From: Minisyncoccota bacterium
GTDB lineage: Bacteria; Patescibacteriota; Minisyncoccia; Phycocordibacterales; UBA1550
Length of the DNA stretch: 64,000 nucleotides
Direction of reading: 5' to 3'
Assembly (NCBI GenBank): GCA_041660105.1
Contig: JBAZWZ010000002.1
Location: 57,964-121,963, forward strand
Shown: positions 9,224 through 19,536 of the stretch, piece by piece
How positions within the stretch are numbered: position 1 is the first letter of the stretch
Layout of the letters: each line of letters begins with the position of its first letter
Notes under the pieces: model-generated
Told to the model about the DNA's origin: nothing
Seen by the model: only the letters and a program-made list of their open reading frames with translations
Database searches by the model: none
Made by a program: the position numbers and the translations under genes

Positions 9224-9562
9224 TTATTTTCCGAGAATTTGTGCTGTGGTAGTTGCTGTTGATGTAGCCGTTGAACTCGCTGACTCGAGTAAATCAATTG
9301 CGCTACCCGTCAGAAATTTAAATAATGGTAAAATATAATTTATCCAAGCTTCACTCAAAATTGCTATAATCTGTTTTACTATCGGCATTTGAGCCACCGC
9401 ATGCAAATCTATATTAAAATATGCGAGCCCCGCAATGATAATAACTGCCAAAAACACGATCTGCATAAACCCTCCTGAGTTTTTCGAAGAAAAATTCTGG
9501 CGGGTAAATCCGCGGTTACGAATCAGCTGATTCGTGTCTTGGACATAAACTTTTCTTTTCAT
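9224..9562 (-). CDS. Small membrane protein with a prepilin-like (GF) leader carrying in-frame palindromic insertions
   Basis: MKRK-VYVQDTNQLIR-NRGF-TRQNFSSKNSGGF-MQIVFLAVIIIAGL; Ser/Thr-rich tail. Confidence 0.7.
   Translation of the reverse strand: MKRKVYVQDTNQLIRNRGFTRQNFSSKNSGGFMQIVFLAVIIIAGLAYFNIDLHAVAQMPIVKQIIAILSEAWINYILPLFKFLTGSAIDLLESASSTATSTATTTAQILGK
9519..9550. repeat. Dispersed element copy 2 (minimal 32-nt form), inside a CDS
   Basis: CGAATCAGCTGATTCG (perfect 16-nt palindrome) + TGTCTTGGACATAAAC. Confidence 0.85.
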
Positions 9563-9586
9563 AGTAATTATATTGTACATTGTTTT

Positions 9587-10861
9587 TTACATATAATCCA
9601 TCGGATCCAGATACGCGTTGGTTGCCGCTACGGGCATTGTGTAGGTACGGCCACCGCAAGACTTACTTGGGAGATTCTTTACTTCAACCGCTGCTGCTGC
9701 AAAAACCGTCAGGTGCAAGTGCGGACCTGTCGAATAGCCGGTGTTGCCACTGTAGCCAATAAGGTCGCTTGTGTTAACGGTCTGCCCTTTTGATACTTTT
9801 ATAAGCGAAAAGTGCGCATAGAGGCTCGCAAGTCCGTTGTTGTGCTTGATGAGCACCCATTTACCATACGAAGCACCCGCGCACGTGAGGTCTGTGTCCC
9901 CTGTGCCGATTACCGTCCCTGAGAGCATCGCCTTCACAGGAGTTCCTACCGATGCTCGAAAGTCTGTACCATTGTGCGTCCCTGATGCATACAAACGCCC
10001 TGATGAGCTCGTCTTGCCAAACTGTTGTGTGATAGTAAGCGGATTAAGTGGCGCTGCAAAAACTTTTGTACCACGTGGCGGAATCGACGTTGGATCAAGA
10101 ATGAATTTCAATGTTGATTCATACTCACGAAGTTCTTTCTCGAGCGCGTCCTTGAGCGCGAGCTTGTCTTTCAAAATCTTTTGGTACTGCGTCTCTTGAT
10201 TTTTTGTTTGCGTAAGAAGCTTCGTTGTTTGCTTTTTGTTATCAAGCGTGATTTTCTTTTGATCACTGAGGTCGCTCTGGAGGGTCAACAACTTCCCTTT
10301 TACTGTTTGTTGTTTTTTGTTTTTGTTTTCCAGATCCGCCTTCAATGACTTGATGAGCTCTACGTTTTCATTTATCGATAAGCTGAATTCACCGAGAGAC
10401 TCGATATCATTCCAAAAATCAGAAAAACTTTTGTCAGACAGGGCAACTTGGACCAAGGATAGCTTATCTCCTTCGTTTATTACCCGCAATGCTTCTTTGA
10501 GCGCTGCTATACGCCCGCTTATTTCATCTTCCTTATAGGAAATTTCTGAGCTTAACTGTCGGATAGTTAAATTTGAAGTATCAACCTTCGCTTGAGTTAC
10601 TTTTATCTGCGCTTCGAGTGCTTTCTGTGTCGTTGCGAGTGCGGCAACAGCATTGCTCAGCGTTTTTTTCTTTGTTGCAAGAGTGGTGAGGTCTCCTTGA
10701 TACTGTTTTATTTCATCTTCAAGTTTTTGTATCGCAGTATTTTGGGCGGTGATTTTTTGTTGTAACTCGTCGACTGTTTGCGCACTCGTAAGTCCACCCG
10801 TCATAAATACAATAACGCCGAGCGACAATAATATTCCAAGTTGAAAAAAATATTTTCGCAT
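9587..10861 (-). CDS. M23 family peptidase with N-terminal coiled coil (EnvC-like architecture)
   Basis: Signal peptide, long coiled coil, HNGTDF, YAH, STGPHLH. Confidence 0.9.
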   Translation of the reverse strand: MRKYFFQLGILLSLGVIVFMTGGLTSAQTVDELQQKITAQNTAIQKLEDEIKQYQGDLTTLATKKKTLSNAVAALATTQKALEAQIKVTQAKVDTSNLTIRQLSSEISYKEDEISGRIAALKEALRVINEGDKLSLVQVALSDKSFSDFWNDIESLGEFSLSINENVELIKSLKADLENKNKKQQTVKGKLLTLQSDLSDQKKITLDNKKQTTKLLTQTKNQETQYQKILKDKLALKDALEKELREYESTLKFILDPTSIPPRGTKVFAAPLNPLTITQQFGKTSSSGRLYASGTHNGTDFRASVGTPVKAMLSGTVIGTGDTDLTCAGASYGKWVLIKHNNGLASLYAHFSLIKVSKGQTVNTSDLIGYSGNTGYSTGPHLHLTVFAAAAVEVKNLPSKSCGGRTYTMPVAATNAYLDPMDYM

Positions 10862-10885
10862 AAAATTACAACACGCAAACAAATA

Positions 10886-12229
10886 CTAAGCAATGAGTAG
10901 CTTCGTTGCTTTCTCAATGCGACTTATGGTGACTTCTTTCCCCAAAATACTTGCGAGAACGAAAGGATCGGGTGATTTGTCACGACCCGAAAGAGCGTAG
11001 CGCATCGGCCAGAGGACACTCCCCCTCCCTACTTCGGTCGCATAGTCCCAGATTGCTGTTTTAATCGTCTCTGGGGTAAAAAGATTGTCATCAATATCAC
11101 CAATCAACGAAAGAACTTTCCTAAGCTTGCCCTCAGCAACAAATTTATCTTTCTCATCTTTCCACAAGAGTGCATCTACAGAATATTCTGGATCGTCAAA
11201 AAAGTATCCATACTCCCCCGCATCTGCAAGTGCGCTCACTTCTCCAAACGTCGAGATATGGTCGAGAATAACAAGTACAATTTTTGCGAGAATATTTTTA
11301 TTATTTTCTGCCTTCGCTCGTAAGTCATCAGGAAAACGCCTGAGGATTTCTGCTTCAGCATTTTCTGTAGTGAGAACCTTCATGTAGTGCTTGTTGAGCC
11401 ACTTGAGTTTATCAATATTAAAAACAGCGCCACCTTTTTGTATTTTCTCAAGCATGAAAAGTTTAATCATCTCATCAAGTGAGATTATTTCCTGATCGTT
11501 ACCCGGGTTCCAACCCATAAGCGCAACAAAGTTGAGGATTGCCTCAGGTAAATATCCTTCCTCACGATACTCAGTCACTGCGAGAGCACCATGACGCTTT
11601 GAGAGCTTCGATTTGTCGGGGGCGAGTATCATTGGCAAATGCGCATACACAGGGCGCGGTGCACCAAGAGCTTCTTGAATAAGGATTTGACGTGGCGTAT
11701 TTGAAATGCCATCGTCTCCGCGAATGATGTGAGTTACCCCCATTTCGAAATCGTCGACAACCACCGCGAAGTGATAGAGTGGGGACTCGAGATCTTTTGC
11801 AATAACAAAATCACCAAGCTCGGTGGTATCAAAGGAAATATCTCCACGAGCCTCGTCACGAAACGTGACAACACCATTGGGATTCTTGAAGCGAATTACT
11901 TCTGTGCGGTCCCCCGGTTCCTTCGGTTCCTCTTTTGAAACATACGCTGTGCCGTCGGCAATAAGTTTAATGAGATGTTTTTTATATATTTCTCCACGTT
12001 CAGACTGACGATAAAATTCATCATTTGTAAGTCCAAGCCACGCAAGCCCATCGAGGATATTATCTTCAAATTCTCTCTTCGAGCGTTCCTTGTCAGTATC
12101 CTCAATACGCAAAATAAATTTACCACCATTTTGACGAGCAAAAAGCCACGAGTAAAGTGCAGTGCGCACGGACCCAATATGAAGCACCCCTGTTGGTGAT
12201 GGCGCAAATCTTGTTATAACGTTTGTCAT
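10886..12229 (-). CDS. gltX: Glutamate--tRNA ligase
   Basis: RFAPSPTG.LHIG, LRIEDTD, KLSKR. Confidence 0.96.
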   Translation of the reverse strand: MTNVITRFAPSPTGVLHIGSVRTALYSWLFARQNGGKFILRIEDTDKERSKREFEDNILDGLAWLGLTNDEFYRQSERGEIYKKHLIKLIADGTAYVSKEEPKEPGDRTEVIRFKNPNGVVTFRDEARGDISFDTTELGDFVIAKDLESPLYHFAVVVDDFEMGVTHIIRGDDGISNTPRQILIQEALGAPRPVYAHLPMILAPDKSKLSKRHGALAVTEYREEGYLPEAILNFVALMGWNPGNDQEIISLDEMIKLFMLEKIQKGGAVFNIDKLKWLNKHYMKVLTTENAEAEILRRFPDDLRAKAENNKNILAKIVLVILDHISTFGEVSALADAGEYGYFFDDPEYSVDALLWKDEKDKFVAEGKLRKVLSLIGDIDDNLFTPETIKTAIWDYATEVGRGSVLWPMRYALSGRDKSPDPFVLASILGKEVTISRIEKATKLLIA

Positions 12230-12233
12230 ATAT

Positions 12234-13361
12234 TTATTTCTGGTGACGGAGGAGTATTGCAACTATTTGTTCAGCTATTTTTTCTGCGGCGTCGGTGCGA
12301 GCAAATGCCTTTGCTGCCGCCTTCATCGTCGCACGCTCGTTTGCATCGTTCATCAGTAAATCAATCTCCGACATCAAAATATTTGGTCCAAGATTTGCTT
12401 CTTCAATAACTACTGCTCCTCCCGCGCGCGCGTACGCAAAAGCATTTTTGCGCTGATGGTCGCCGATATGATTTGCGATAGGAATGAGTATTGCTGGCAC
12501 ACCCCATGCAGCTATTTCAAAAATTGCCGATCCCGCGCGTGATACGACGACCGTCGCTGCTTCGGCGGCAAGCTTCATCGTCTCAGAACCAAGGTATCCG
12601 TAAATATGGTAACGTGATGCATTTGGGTTGCCACCGAGCATTCCGTTTACATTGGTGCGCACTTCTTCAAGATTGGTCTCACCCGACTGGTGAACAATCT
12701 GATATTTTTCTACGAGCCTTGGTGCGAGAGTTTCCATCTGACTGTTGATAGTGCGAGCACCTTGTGATCCGCCGAGGACGAGGAGTACGGGGATACTTGG
12801 ATCAAGTCCGAGCTCTTTGAAAGCATCTTTGCCTGACGGGACGAGAACCTCTTCGCGGATAGGATTGCCAGTGAGTGCGGTGCGTCCTGCGGGGAAAAAT
12901 GGCGCGGCTTCGGGGTACGAGATGGCAATCTTCTGCGCAAACTTCCCTGCCCATGCGTTCACGCGACCTGGGACGGTATCGGACTCGTGAATGATGACAG
13001 GAATACGGAAAACGCGCGCAGCGACGAGCACGGGGAAGCTAGCAAAACCACCCTTACTAAAAACCACATCAGGGTACAACGCAAAAATCTGAAAAATCGC
13101 TTTTACGACACCCCAAGCAGTAACAAATACATCAAAAAAATTCTGCACAGAGAAATACGCGCGCATCTTCCCCGCACTAACTTGCTTGAAAGTGATTTTG
13201 TTGTCGTACAAAAGACGCTCGTTGTACGGGTCGGTCGACATATAAAAAAGCTCTACCTTTGCGATTTTCTCGCGCTCAAGCATTTTATTTAGTTTTTCGG
13301 CGACGGCTATTAGTGGGTAAAAGTGTCCGCCTGTATATCCGCCTGTGAGAAGAATCCGCAT
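12234..13361 (-). CDS. murG: UDP-GlcNAc:lipid I GlcNAc transferase
   Basis: TGGYTGGH, HESD..PG, GNPIR, GGSQGA, HQRKNA. Confidence 0.95.
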   Translation of the reverse strand: MRILLTGGYTGGHFYPLIAVAEKLNKMLEREKIAKVELFYMSTDPYNERLLYDNKITFKQVSAGKMRAYFSVQNFFDVFVTAWGVVKAIFQIFALYPDVVFSKGGFASFPVLVAARVFRIPVIIHESDTVPGRVNAWAGKFAQKIAISYPEAAPFFPAGRTALTGNPIREEVLVPSGKDAFKELGLDPSIPVLLVLGGSQGARTINSQMETLAPRLVEKYQIVHQSGETNLEEVRTNVNGMLGGNPNASRYHIYGYLGSETMKLAAEAATVVVSRAGSAIFEIAAWGVPAILIPIANHIGDHQRKNAFAYARAGGAVVIEEANLGPNILMSEIDLLMNDANERATMKAAAKAFARTDAAEKIAEQIVAILLRHQK

Positions 13362-13362
13362 A

Positions 13363-14463
13363 TTATGATTTTGCTAATTTTGAAATGTTAAGTAGTATCC
13401 CGATCTCGAGGAACGCAAAGAGTAATGCGGTTCCGCCGTGGCTCACAAAAACAAGAGGAACTCCTGTCAGAGGTATAAGCCCAAGCATCGCCGCAATGTT
13501 CGCAAATGACTGCGATACTATCAGTATAACAATTCCGACGGCTAAAAGCGACTCAAACATATCGGGGGCTCGTCTTGCAATAAGAATGCCCCGAACGCTA
13601 AAAGCGAGAAACAAAAGTATGATAGTTACTCCACCAAGAAATCCGAACTCCTCCCCCGCCACCGCAAAGATAGAGTCTCCTGTAGGCTCTGGGAGAGAGC
13701 CAGATTTCTGAATACTTTGACCAAACCCTCGCCCCGTGACGCCACCCGAGCCGATAGCAAGCAATGACTTTTGAAGTTGATAACTTGCGCCTTGGGGGTC
13801 GCGTGATGAATCCATAAACGTAAGGACGCGCTCCATAACATAGGGCTTCACCATCGCGAGGACGCCCACGGCAAAGACTGCGATGATCACAACGTAAACA
13901 AAGTGGCGCAATTTTGCACCCGCGGTAATGAGCATTGCAAGAAGAGCAGCAAGGAGGACAGCCAGAGTCCCCGTGTCGGGCTCCTTGAGCAACACTATCG
14001 CAGGAACAGCAATGACGCCAAAGAGCAGTCCGAGGGAATATTTTACTTCGCTTAATTTATTTTTAAAAAGTGGCAGAAGTGCTGCAAAATAAATTACCGC
14101 ACCGAGTTTGAGAAGCTCGGATGGTTGAAACGACATCACACGTAAATCAATCCATCTGTCAGCGCCGTTGTAGCCAAATCCGATACCGGGCACGAAAACA
14201 AGGAGTGTCACAATGATAGAGCCGATAAAAATATAGAGTGCATTCTTTTGTAATAATTTTATGGGGAATTTGAATGTAATAAATGTAGCAATCAGAATAC
14301 CAAGTACCAGCCCAAGCGTTTGGTCAAAAAATAAATCTTGCAAAGAAAAACCTTTGCGGACAAGCGGACCAAGTGATGCTGATGAAAAAACAAAAAAACC
14401 AACAAAAACAATTGCGGTAGCGAGTGCGAGGAATACTTTATCAAGAGTAGGTACTTTTCTCAT
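13363..14463 (-). CDS. ftsW: FtsW/RodA SEDS peptidoglycan polymerase
   Basis: RWI, FQPSELLK, PDTGT, GGVTGRG, GVPLVFVSHGGT. Confidence 0.92.
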   Translation of the reverse strand: MRKVPTLDKVFLALATAIVFVGFFVFSSASLGPLVRKGFSLQDLFFDQTLGLVLGILIATFITFKFPIKLLQKNALYIFIGSIIVTLLVFVPGIGFGYNGADRWIDLRVMSFQPSELLKLGAVIYFAALLPLFKNKLSEVKYSLGLLFGVIAVPAIVLLKEPDTGTLAVLLAALLAMLITAGAKLRHFVYVVIIAVFAVGVLAMVKPYVMERVLTFMDSSRDPQGASYQLQKSLLAIGSGGVTGRGFGQSIQKSGSLPEPTGDSIFAVAGEEFGFLGGVTIILLFLAFSVRGILIARRAPDMFESLLAVGIVILIVSQSFANIAAMLGLIPLTGVPLVFVSHGGTALLFAFLEIGILLNISKLAKS

Positions 14464-15521
14464 TATCCTATAAGCGCAATTATTGTACCGACGAGAGCAA
14501 ACACGACCGAGAGAACCCAGTAACGCATAACCACTTTGTAAGGAGGCCATCCGAGTGCTTGGAAATGGTTGTGAAGTGGCGCAACGAGAAATACTTTTTT
14601 ACCATTGCGTAATTTTTTTGAAAAAATCTGGATGATACTTGAAGCACTCGTAACAACGAGCAGTAGCGCAATAATGGGGAGCACGAGCACTGCCTTAGTG
14701 AGAAACGCGACGACAGTAAGTGATGTCGTGAGTGCCATGGTACCTGTCTCAGAATTAAAAAATCGCGCAGGAGGAATATTGAACCAGAGGAACGCAAGGA
14801 GTCCACCGACGACCACACTACAGAATGCCGCGAGGTCGATTTGTCCTTGCGCAAACGAGATGATTGCGTACGCACTGAAGATTGAAGCAAACACACCACC
14901 CGAGAGTCCATCGATGCCGTCAATGATACCCCCCGAATAAATTCCAATCATAAAAATGATAAAGAGCGGGATGAACCAAAGTCCAAGCGTTGCATCACCA
15001 ATGAACGGCACATGAACGCTACCCATACCAAGCTTCGCGTAGAACCACCACGCGCCGACGCTCGCGAGAGTAAACACAAAAACAAGTCGGGCGCGAAGAG
15101 AAAGTCCACCACCAATATACGTTCCAGACTCACGACAAACAAGATAGTCATCAATGAGACCAAAGAGTCCACCCGCAATAAGCGTGAGAAGTGGGAGCCA
15201 CGTCTGATTGCGCGAGAGGAATGAAAGTTTCGCAAAAGCACTATCAGGGAACAGTGTCGCGAGAACAGAAAAAAGGACGATAGTAAACAACACCGATCCC
15301 CACACCACTACCCCACCCATGCGAGGCGTTTTACGCTCCTCGTCGTTATGAAGCTTGCTTGAGATAGTCGCTTCCCTGCCGTCCATCGTGAGCTTTACGC
15401 TCGACTTCTTCCACATCTTGTGGCGATACAAAAACCCCGTCAAAATAGGTGTAAAAAGGACACCAACCGTGAAGGCGACCGTCGCTGGAAGGAAGATTTT
15501 TACTACATCAAGAATCATCAT
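14463..15521 (-). CDS. mraY: Phospho-N-acetylmuramoyl-pentapeptide transferase
   Basis: KTPRMGG, GLIDD, DGIDGL, WFNIPPA, APLHNHF. Confidence 0.93.
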   Translation of the reverse strand: MMILDVVKIFLPATVAFTVGVLFTPILTGFLYRHKMWKKSSVKLTMDGREATISSKLHNDEERKTPRMGGVVVWGSVLFTIVLFSVLATLFPDSAFAKLSFLSRNQTWLPLLTLIAGGLFGLIDDYLVCRESGTYIGGGLSLRARLVFVFTLASVGAWWFYAKLGMGSVHVPFIGDATLGLWFIPLFIIFMIGIYSGGIIDGIDGLSGGVFASIFSAYAIISFAQGQIDLAAFCSVVVGGLLAFLWFNIPPARFFNSETGTMALTTSLTVVAFLTKAVLVLPIIALLLVVTSASSIIQIFSKKLRNGKKVFLVAPLHNHFQALGWPPYKVVMRYWVLSVVFALVGTIIALIG

Positions 15522-15574
15522 ATTTTTCTATTATATAGAAATTATAGACAAACTCCAAACGTTTAATTTAACAA

Positions 15575-16591
15575 TTAATTCTGAGACAGAGCTACAAGAA
15601 TAGTAGCTGCGACGAGCTTTTGAACATCTTCGAAACGCTCTTTGTAGCCAGAGCCGAGGACTACGATGACAATAGCGTCCCCTATTCCTCTGTCAAAAAT
15701 TACTGCAAGATTACCTCCCGCTAGGTCAGTAAATCCAGTCTTTGATGCAATGAGGCCGGGAATTTTGCCGACTATTTCATTGGTGTTTGGAAGGTAGTGC
15801 GCAATCTTGTCCTGAGAAGAAATATTTACTTCCTTGCGTGCAGTCACCTCAACAGTATCAGGGTATTTACTCCAGAGCTCTGCGATGAGCTCGGCAACAT
15901 TTTTTGCAGAGCCGTACCCGCCCGCCGTCGAGACGATTTCGGGCAAGCCGTTTTGTGTCGTGCTTACATCAAGCCCTGATTCATTGAAAAACTCCATTTG
16001 GTCAAGTCCGAGCTCCACGGCTTTTGCATTCATCATTTGTATAAAATTTGCACGAGTGAGACTCATATCAGGATAATTCTCTGGATGCCCATTTGCTCCC
16101 ACAAAGGAAGCAACAGCGTGGGCTCCGTCGTTCGACGAAATAATAAGTGTCGCACGAAGAAGGTCTCCAAGTCGCCAGCGTTCACCAGGGCGAAGACCAG
16201 TGTCTCCCTCCGCGGCGAGGTCATCCTTGGTAAGTGTAAGCACAGCACTCGCTGACATACTTTCGCGCGCAACAAGCGCTGTCATTAATTTGGTTACCGA
16301 AGCAAGTGGCAACTTTTCGTTTTCATTCTTGGCAAATAGAACGGTGTTCGTCTTGAGGTCATATACATACGCACCACGTGCAACGAGAGCGACCGTATCA
16401 AAGGGATTAACAATTTTCTCAGATAAAGACGTAGTGTTTGATACCTTGCTTACTCTCTGAGTACCTACCGGTGTATAAAATGAAACAAACCATTGCATCA
16501 GAAGTGCAAAAGCCGCTGTACTTCCGAGAACTATGACAAGTGCAATTATTCTCTTTGGGGTAAAATGCTCTTTATAATTCCTCGGGTTCAT
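15575..16591 (-). CDS. D-alanyl-D-alanine carboxypeptidase (S11)
   Basis: SVTK, SSN and KTG catalytic motifs; N-terminal TM. Confidence 0.9.
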   Translation of the reverse strand: MNPRNYKEHFTPKRIIALVIVLGSTAAFALLMQWFVSFYTPVGTQRVSKVSNTTSLSEKIVNPFDTVALVARGAYVYDLKTNTVLFAKNENEKLPLASVTKLMTALVARESMSASAVLTLTKDDLAAEGDTGLRPGERWRLGDLLRATLIISSNDGAHAVASFVGANGHPENYPDMSLTRANFIQMMNAKAVELGLDQMEFFNESGLDVSTTQNGLPEIVSTAGGYGSAKNVAELIAELWSKYPDTVEVTARKEVNISSQDKIAHYLPNTNEIVGKIPGLIASKTGFTDLAGGNLAVIFDRGIGDAIVIVVLGSGYKERFEDVQKLVAATILVALSQN

Positions 16592-17117
16592 TTTCTACGT
16601 TTGCTTGTTTAAATTCTTCTACAGACTTTGTCGTCTCTTCATACCCTGGCAAATCCTGAACCTTGGTTACGCCCATATACGAGAGGAGCTCAAATGTTGG
16701 CTGATACACTGTGCTTCGTCCACCCTGATCAACTTTTTCAATAAGCCCACGAATGAGGAGGTTGCGCAAAATGTAATTTGAATTTACACCACGCAAGTAG
16801 TTAATCTCACTTCGAGATATTGGGCCACGATAAAGTACGGTTGCAAGCGTTTCGAGCCCTGCTTTGCCAAGCTCTTTGCTGAGTTCTTCCTTGAGGAGCG
16901 CTTCAATCAATGGTCCCATTTCTGGTGTTGTGCTCAATGTGTACTCATTGCCATTTTGCATAAGGACAATCCCTCGCCCTGAAAGCTCGTCTTTGAGAGT
17001 TACGAGCCCTTGTGCAACTTCTTCCTCAGTGTTGCCAAGAGACTTCACAAGAAAAGCCACCGTGACTGGCTCACCTTTGTAAAAAAGTAATGCTTCAATT
17101 TTTCGAGAAATTTCCAT
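16572..17117 (-). CDS. scpB: SMC-Scp complex subunit ScpB
   Basis: IEALLF, LETLA...GPISRSEI..LRGVNS. Confidence 0.93.
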   Translation of the reverse strand: MEISRKIEALLFYKGEPVTVAFLVKSLGNTEEEVAQGLVTLKDELSGRGIVLMQNGNEYTLSTTPEMGPLIEALLKEELSKELGKAGLETLATVLYRGPISRSEINYLRGVNSNYILRNLLIRGLIEKVDQGGRSTVYQPTFELLSYMGVTKVQDLPGYEETTKSVEEFKQANVENEPEEL

Positions 17118-17122
17118 AAGTT

Positions 17123-17875
17123 TTATTGTACCACATTCCCCGTTCCTCCATAATTGGGTGTCTCCAAGACGCTCGTCTCAATCTGGATGTCGTCACTGTT
17201 CTCCGCTTGAGTAACTGCTATCATCCCTTGCTTCACGAGCTCGAGCATCGCAAGGAAGCTCACAATGACATTTACCTTCTCCTCCTTCCCTACTCCTGCG
17301 AAATCACGGAAGCTCATCTTGAGACTGCCAGTGATACGTGTGGCAAGTCTGTCCATCATCTCCTCAAGTGAGACGACTTTCTTTATCACAACTTTTGGCA
17401 GAGTTACCTTCTTTGGAAAATGTGCGATGATTTCGCAAATAGCTGCAAAAATACTCTGCGTGGTGATCTCCTCACTCGGAGCGAAGACGACTTCCTTTTC
17501 GCGTGTCTGACCCTTAGGAAAGGAAACGTTTACTCCAAAGCGCTCTTTCACACGCACGGAGAGCTCGCGAATCTTCTGGTACTCGCGCAAGCGTCGCTCA
17601 AGTTCGTTAATGTCCTGAGTTTCTTCAGGGCTGAGGTCGAGCGCAGGAAGAAGTGATTTTGACTTGATGAGAATGAGTGTCGAAGCAACGATGAGGAAGT
17701 TTGAAACAAAATCAACGGGCATCTTTTCAAACTGTCGCAAGTGCGCAATGTAGTCATCCGCAACCTGTGCAAGCGAAATCTCATTGATAAAAAGTTTGCG
17801 CTTCTCAACAAGATCAAGCAAAAGCTCGAGTGGTCCTTCAAAGACTTCAGTTTTTACTTGATAGTCAGGGTTCAT
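17123..17875 (-). CDS. scpA: SMC-Scp complex subunit ScpA
   Basis: FEGPLELLL, KSKSLLP, FLAMLELVKQG. Confidence 0.93.
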   Translation of the reverse strand: MNPDYQVKTEVFEGPLELLLDLVEKRKLFINEISLAQVADDYIAHLRQFEKMPVDFVSNFLIVASTLILIKSKSLLPALDLSPEETQDINELERRLREYQKIRELSVRVKERFGVNVSFPKGQTREKEVVFAPSEEITTQSIFAAICEIIAHFPKKVTLPKVVIKKVVSLEEMMDRLATRITGSLKMSFRDFAGVGKEEKVNVIVSFLAMLELVKQGMIAVTQAENSDDIQIETSVLETPNYGGTGNVVQ

Positions 17876-17877
17876 GA

Positions 17878-19275
17878 TTACTTCTTCTTTGGAATCGTGA
17901 TGCCGAGTTCGAGGAGCTGTTCGGGGCTGATTTCTGAAGGTGACTCCATCATAGGGTCACGGCCTTCGCCAGTCTTTGCAAATGCGATCACTTCGCGAAT
18001 GTTTGGTTCGTTCTGGAGGAGCATCATCAAGCGATCAAAGCCGAAAGCAAGACCACCATGAGGAGGCGCACCTGCGGCGAGCGCCTTGAGCATGTGCCCA
18101 AAGTTCTTCTCAATGCCTTCCATCGAGTGTCCCATAATCTCAAATACTTTCTTGAGTGCCTCAGGGTTGTGATTGCGGATACCGCCGCCACCGATTTCAT
18201 AACCATTGAGTGCGATATCGTACTGAGCTGCCACGATGTCACCGATGTTTTTCTTCTCCATCAAATCCTGCATAAATTCTGGCTTTGGTGCAGAGAAAGG
18301 ATTGTGTGAGAACGTCCACGCACCTGTGTCAGTCTTCTCAAAAAATGGAAAATCAATAACCCAACAGAACGCAAGAAGATTTGGGTCCTCTTTATCCTCG
18401 CGGATATCTGGTTTGTCGTTGCCATATTTCTCCATAGCATCCTTGTAGGAAATACGTGGGAACGGTACTTGCTGAATGCGCTTCTCAGGGTAGAGCTTGG
18501 TCACCATATCAATCATAAGTGCCTCGTTGATTTGCATCACGTCTTCTTGAGTAACGAAACTCATTTCCATATCGATCTGCGTAAACTCTGGCTGACGATC
18601 ACCACGAGTGTCCTCATCGCGGAAACAACGTGCCACCTGCACATAGCGCTCAAAACCCGACGCCATAAGAAGCTGCTTGTACTGCTGAGGTGACTGTGGG
18701 AGCGCATAAAACTTGCCCTGATCGAGACGTGAAGGCACTACATAGTCGCGAGAACCCTCAGGTGTCGACTTGGTAAGCGAAGGAGTTTCAATCTCCATGA
18801 AGCCATGCTGTGCATAAAAATTACGAAGATGAAGGAGCACCTCATGACGCATACGGAAGTTACTCTGCATACGTGGACGACGAAGGTCGAGGTAGCGATA
18901 CTTGAGGCGAGTCTCCTCGCCAATCTCACGCCCATCAGAAGACACATCAAACACAGGAGTCTCAGCTTCGTTCAATACCTCAATACCGAGAACCTCGAGC
19001 TCAATGTCACCATTGGGAACCCCAGCCTTCACGTTGCGCTCGGGGCGCTTGTTGACCTGCGCTGACACAGCCACAACCCACTCTGGGCGCACACGCTGTG
19101 CCACCTCAAGTGCCTCAGTGTGCATAGGGAGCACAACTGCCTGCACCTTGCCGGTCACATCACGAAGATCGAGGAAGACCATCTTTCCTTGGTCGCGACG
19201 AACATCAATCCATCCCGAGATAGATACTTGCTGTCCTACGTTGTTCTGTAAATCCTTAATGTATGTTCGTTCCAT
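17878..19275 (-). CDS. aspS: Aspartate--tRNA ligase (short form lacking GAD insert)
   Basis: OB fold, YRYLDLRR, PQSPQ, CFRDED.R.DRQPEFTQ, PPHGG. Confidence 0.95.
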   Translation of the reverse strand: MERTYIKDLQNNVGQQVSISGWIDVRRDQGKMVFLDLRDVTGKVQAVVLPMHTEALEVAQRVRPEWVVAVSAQVNKRPERNVKAGVPNGDIELEVLGIEVLNEAETPVFDVSSDGREIGEETRLKYRYLDLRRPRMQSNFRMRHEVLLHLRNFYAQHGFMEIETPSLTKSTPEGSRDYVVPSRLDQGKFYALPQSPQQYKQLLMASGFERYVQVARCFRDEDTRGDRQPEFTQIDMEMSFVTQEDVMQINEALMIDMVTKLYPEKRIQQVPFPRISYKDAMEKYGNDKPDIREDKEDPNLLAFCWVIDFPFFEKTDTGAWTFSHNPFSAPKPEFMQDLMEKKNIGDIVAAQYDIALNGYEIGGGGIRNHNPEALKKVFEIMGHSMEGIEKNFGHMLKALAAGAPPHGGLAFGFDRLMMLLQNEPNIREVIAFAKTGEGRDPMMESPSEISPEQLLELGITIPKKK

Positions 19276-19286
19276 GACCTTTGTAA

Positions 19287-19532
19287 TTAGTTGTAAAGTT
19301 TATTTTTAATTTCTTTGATTGCGTCCTCGTGTGTTTTCTCATCTGCGAGAAGATTGTAAAAATTGTACTGAGGATCATTGAGTAGGTTATCAAAGCGTTC
19401 GCCATTAGTAACAATCCACTCAAGTGCAGTATCCCCATCACCAACACCATCCATAACCTCAAGCTGTGCTTTCATTTTTATATCAAATTTCTTCTCGTCT
19501 GGGTTTTCAAATTGTAGTTCAGGAAATTTCAT
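19287..19532 (-). CDS. Hypothetical acidic 81-aa protein between trpS and aspS
   Basis: AT-rich ORF that tightly fills the gap, co-oriented. Confidence 0.65.
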   Translation of the reverse strand: MKFPELQFENPDEKKFDIKMKAQLEVMDGVGDGDTALEWIVTNGERFDNLLNDPQYNFYNLLADEKTHEDAIKEIKNKLYN

Positions 19533-19536
19533 AATA

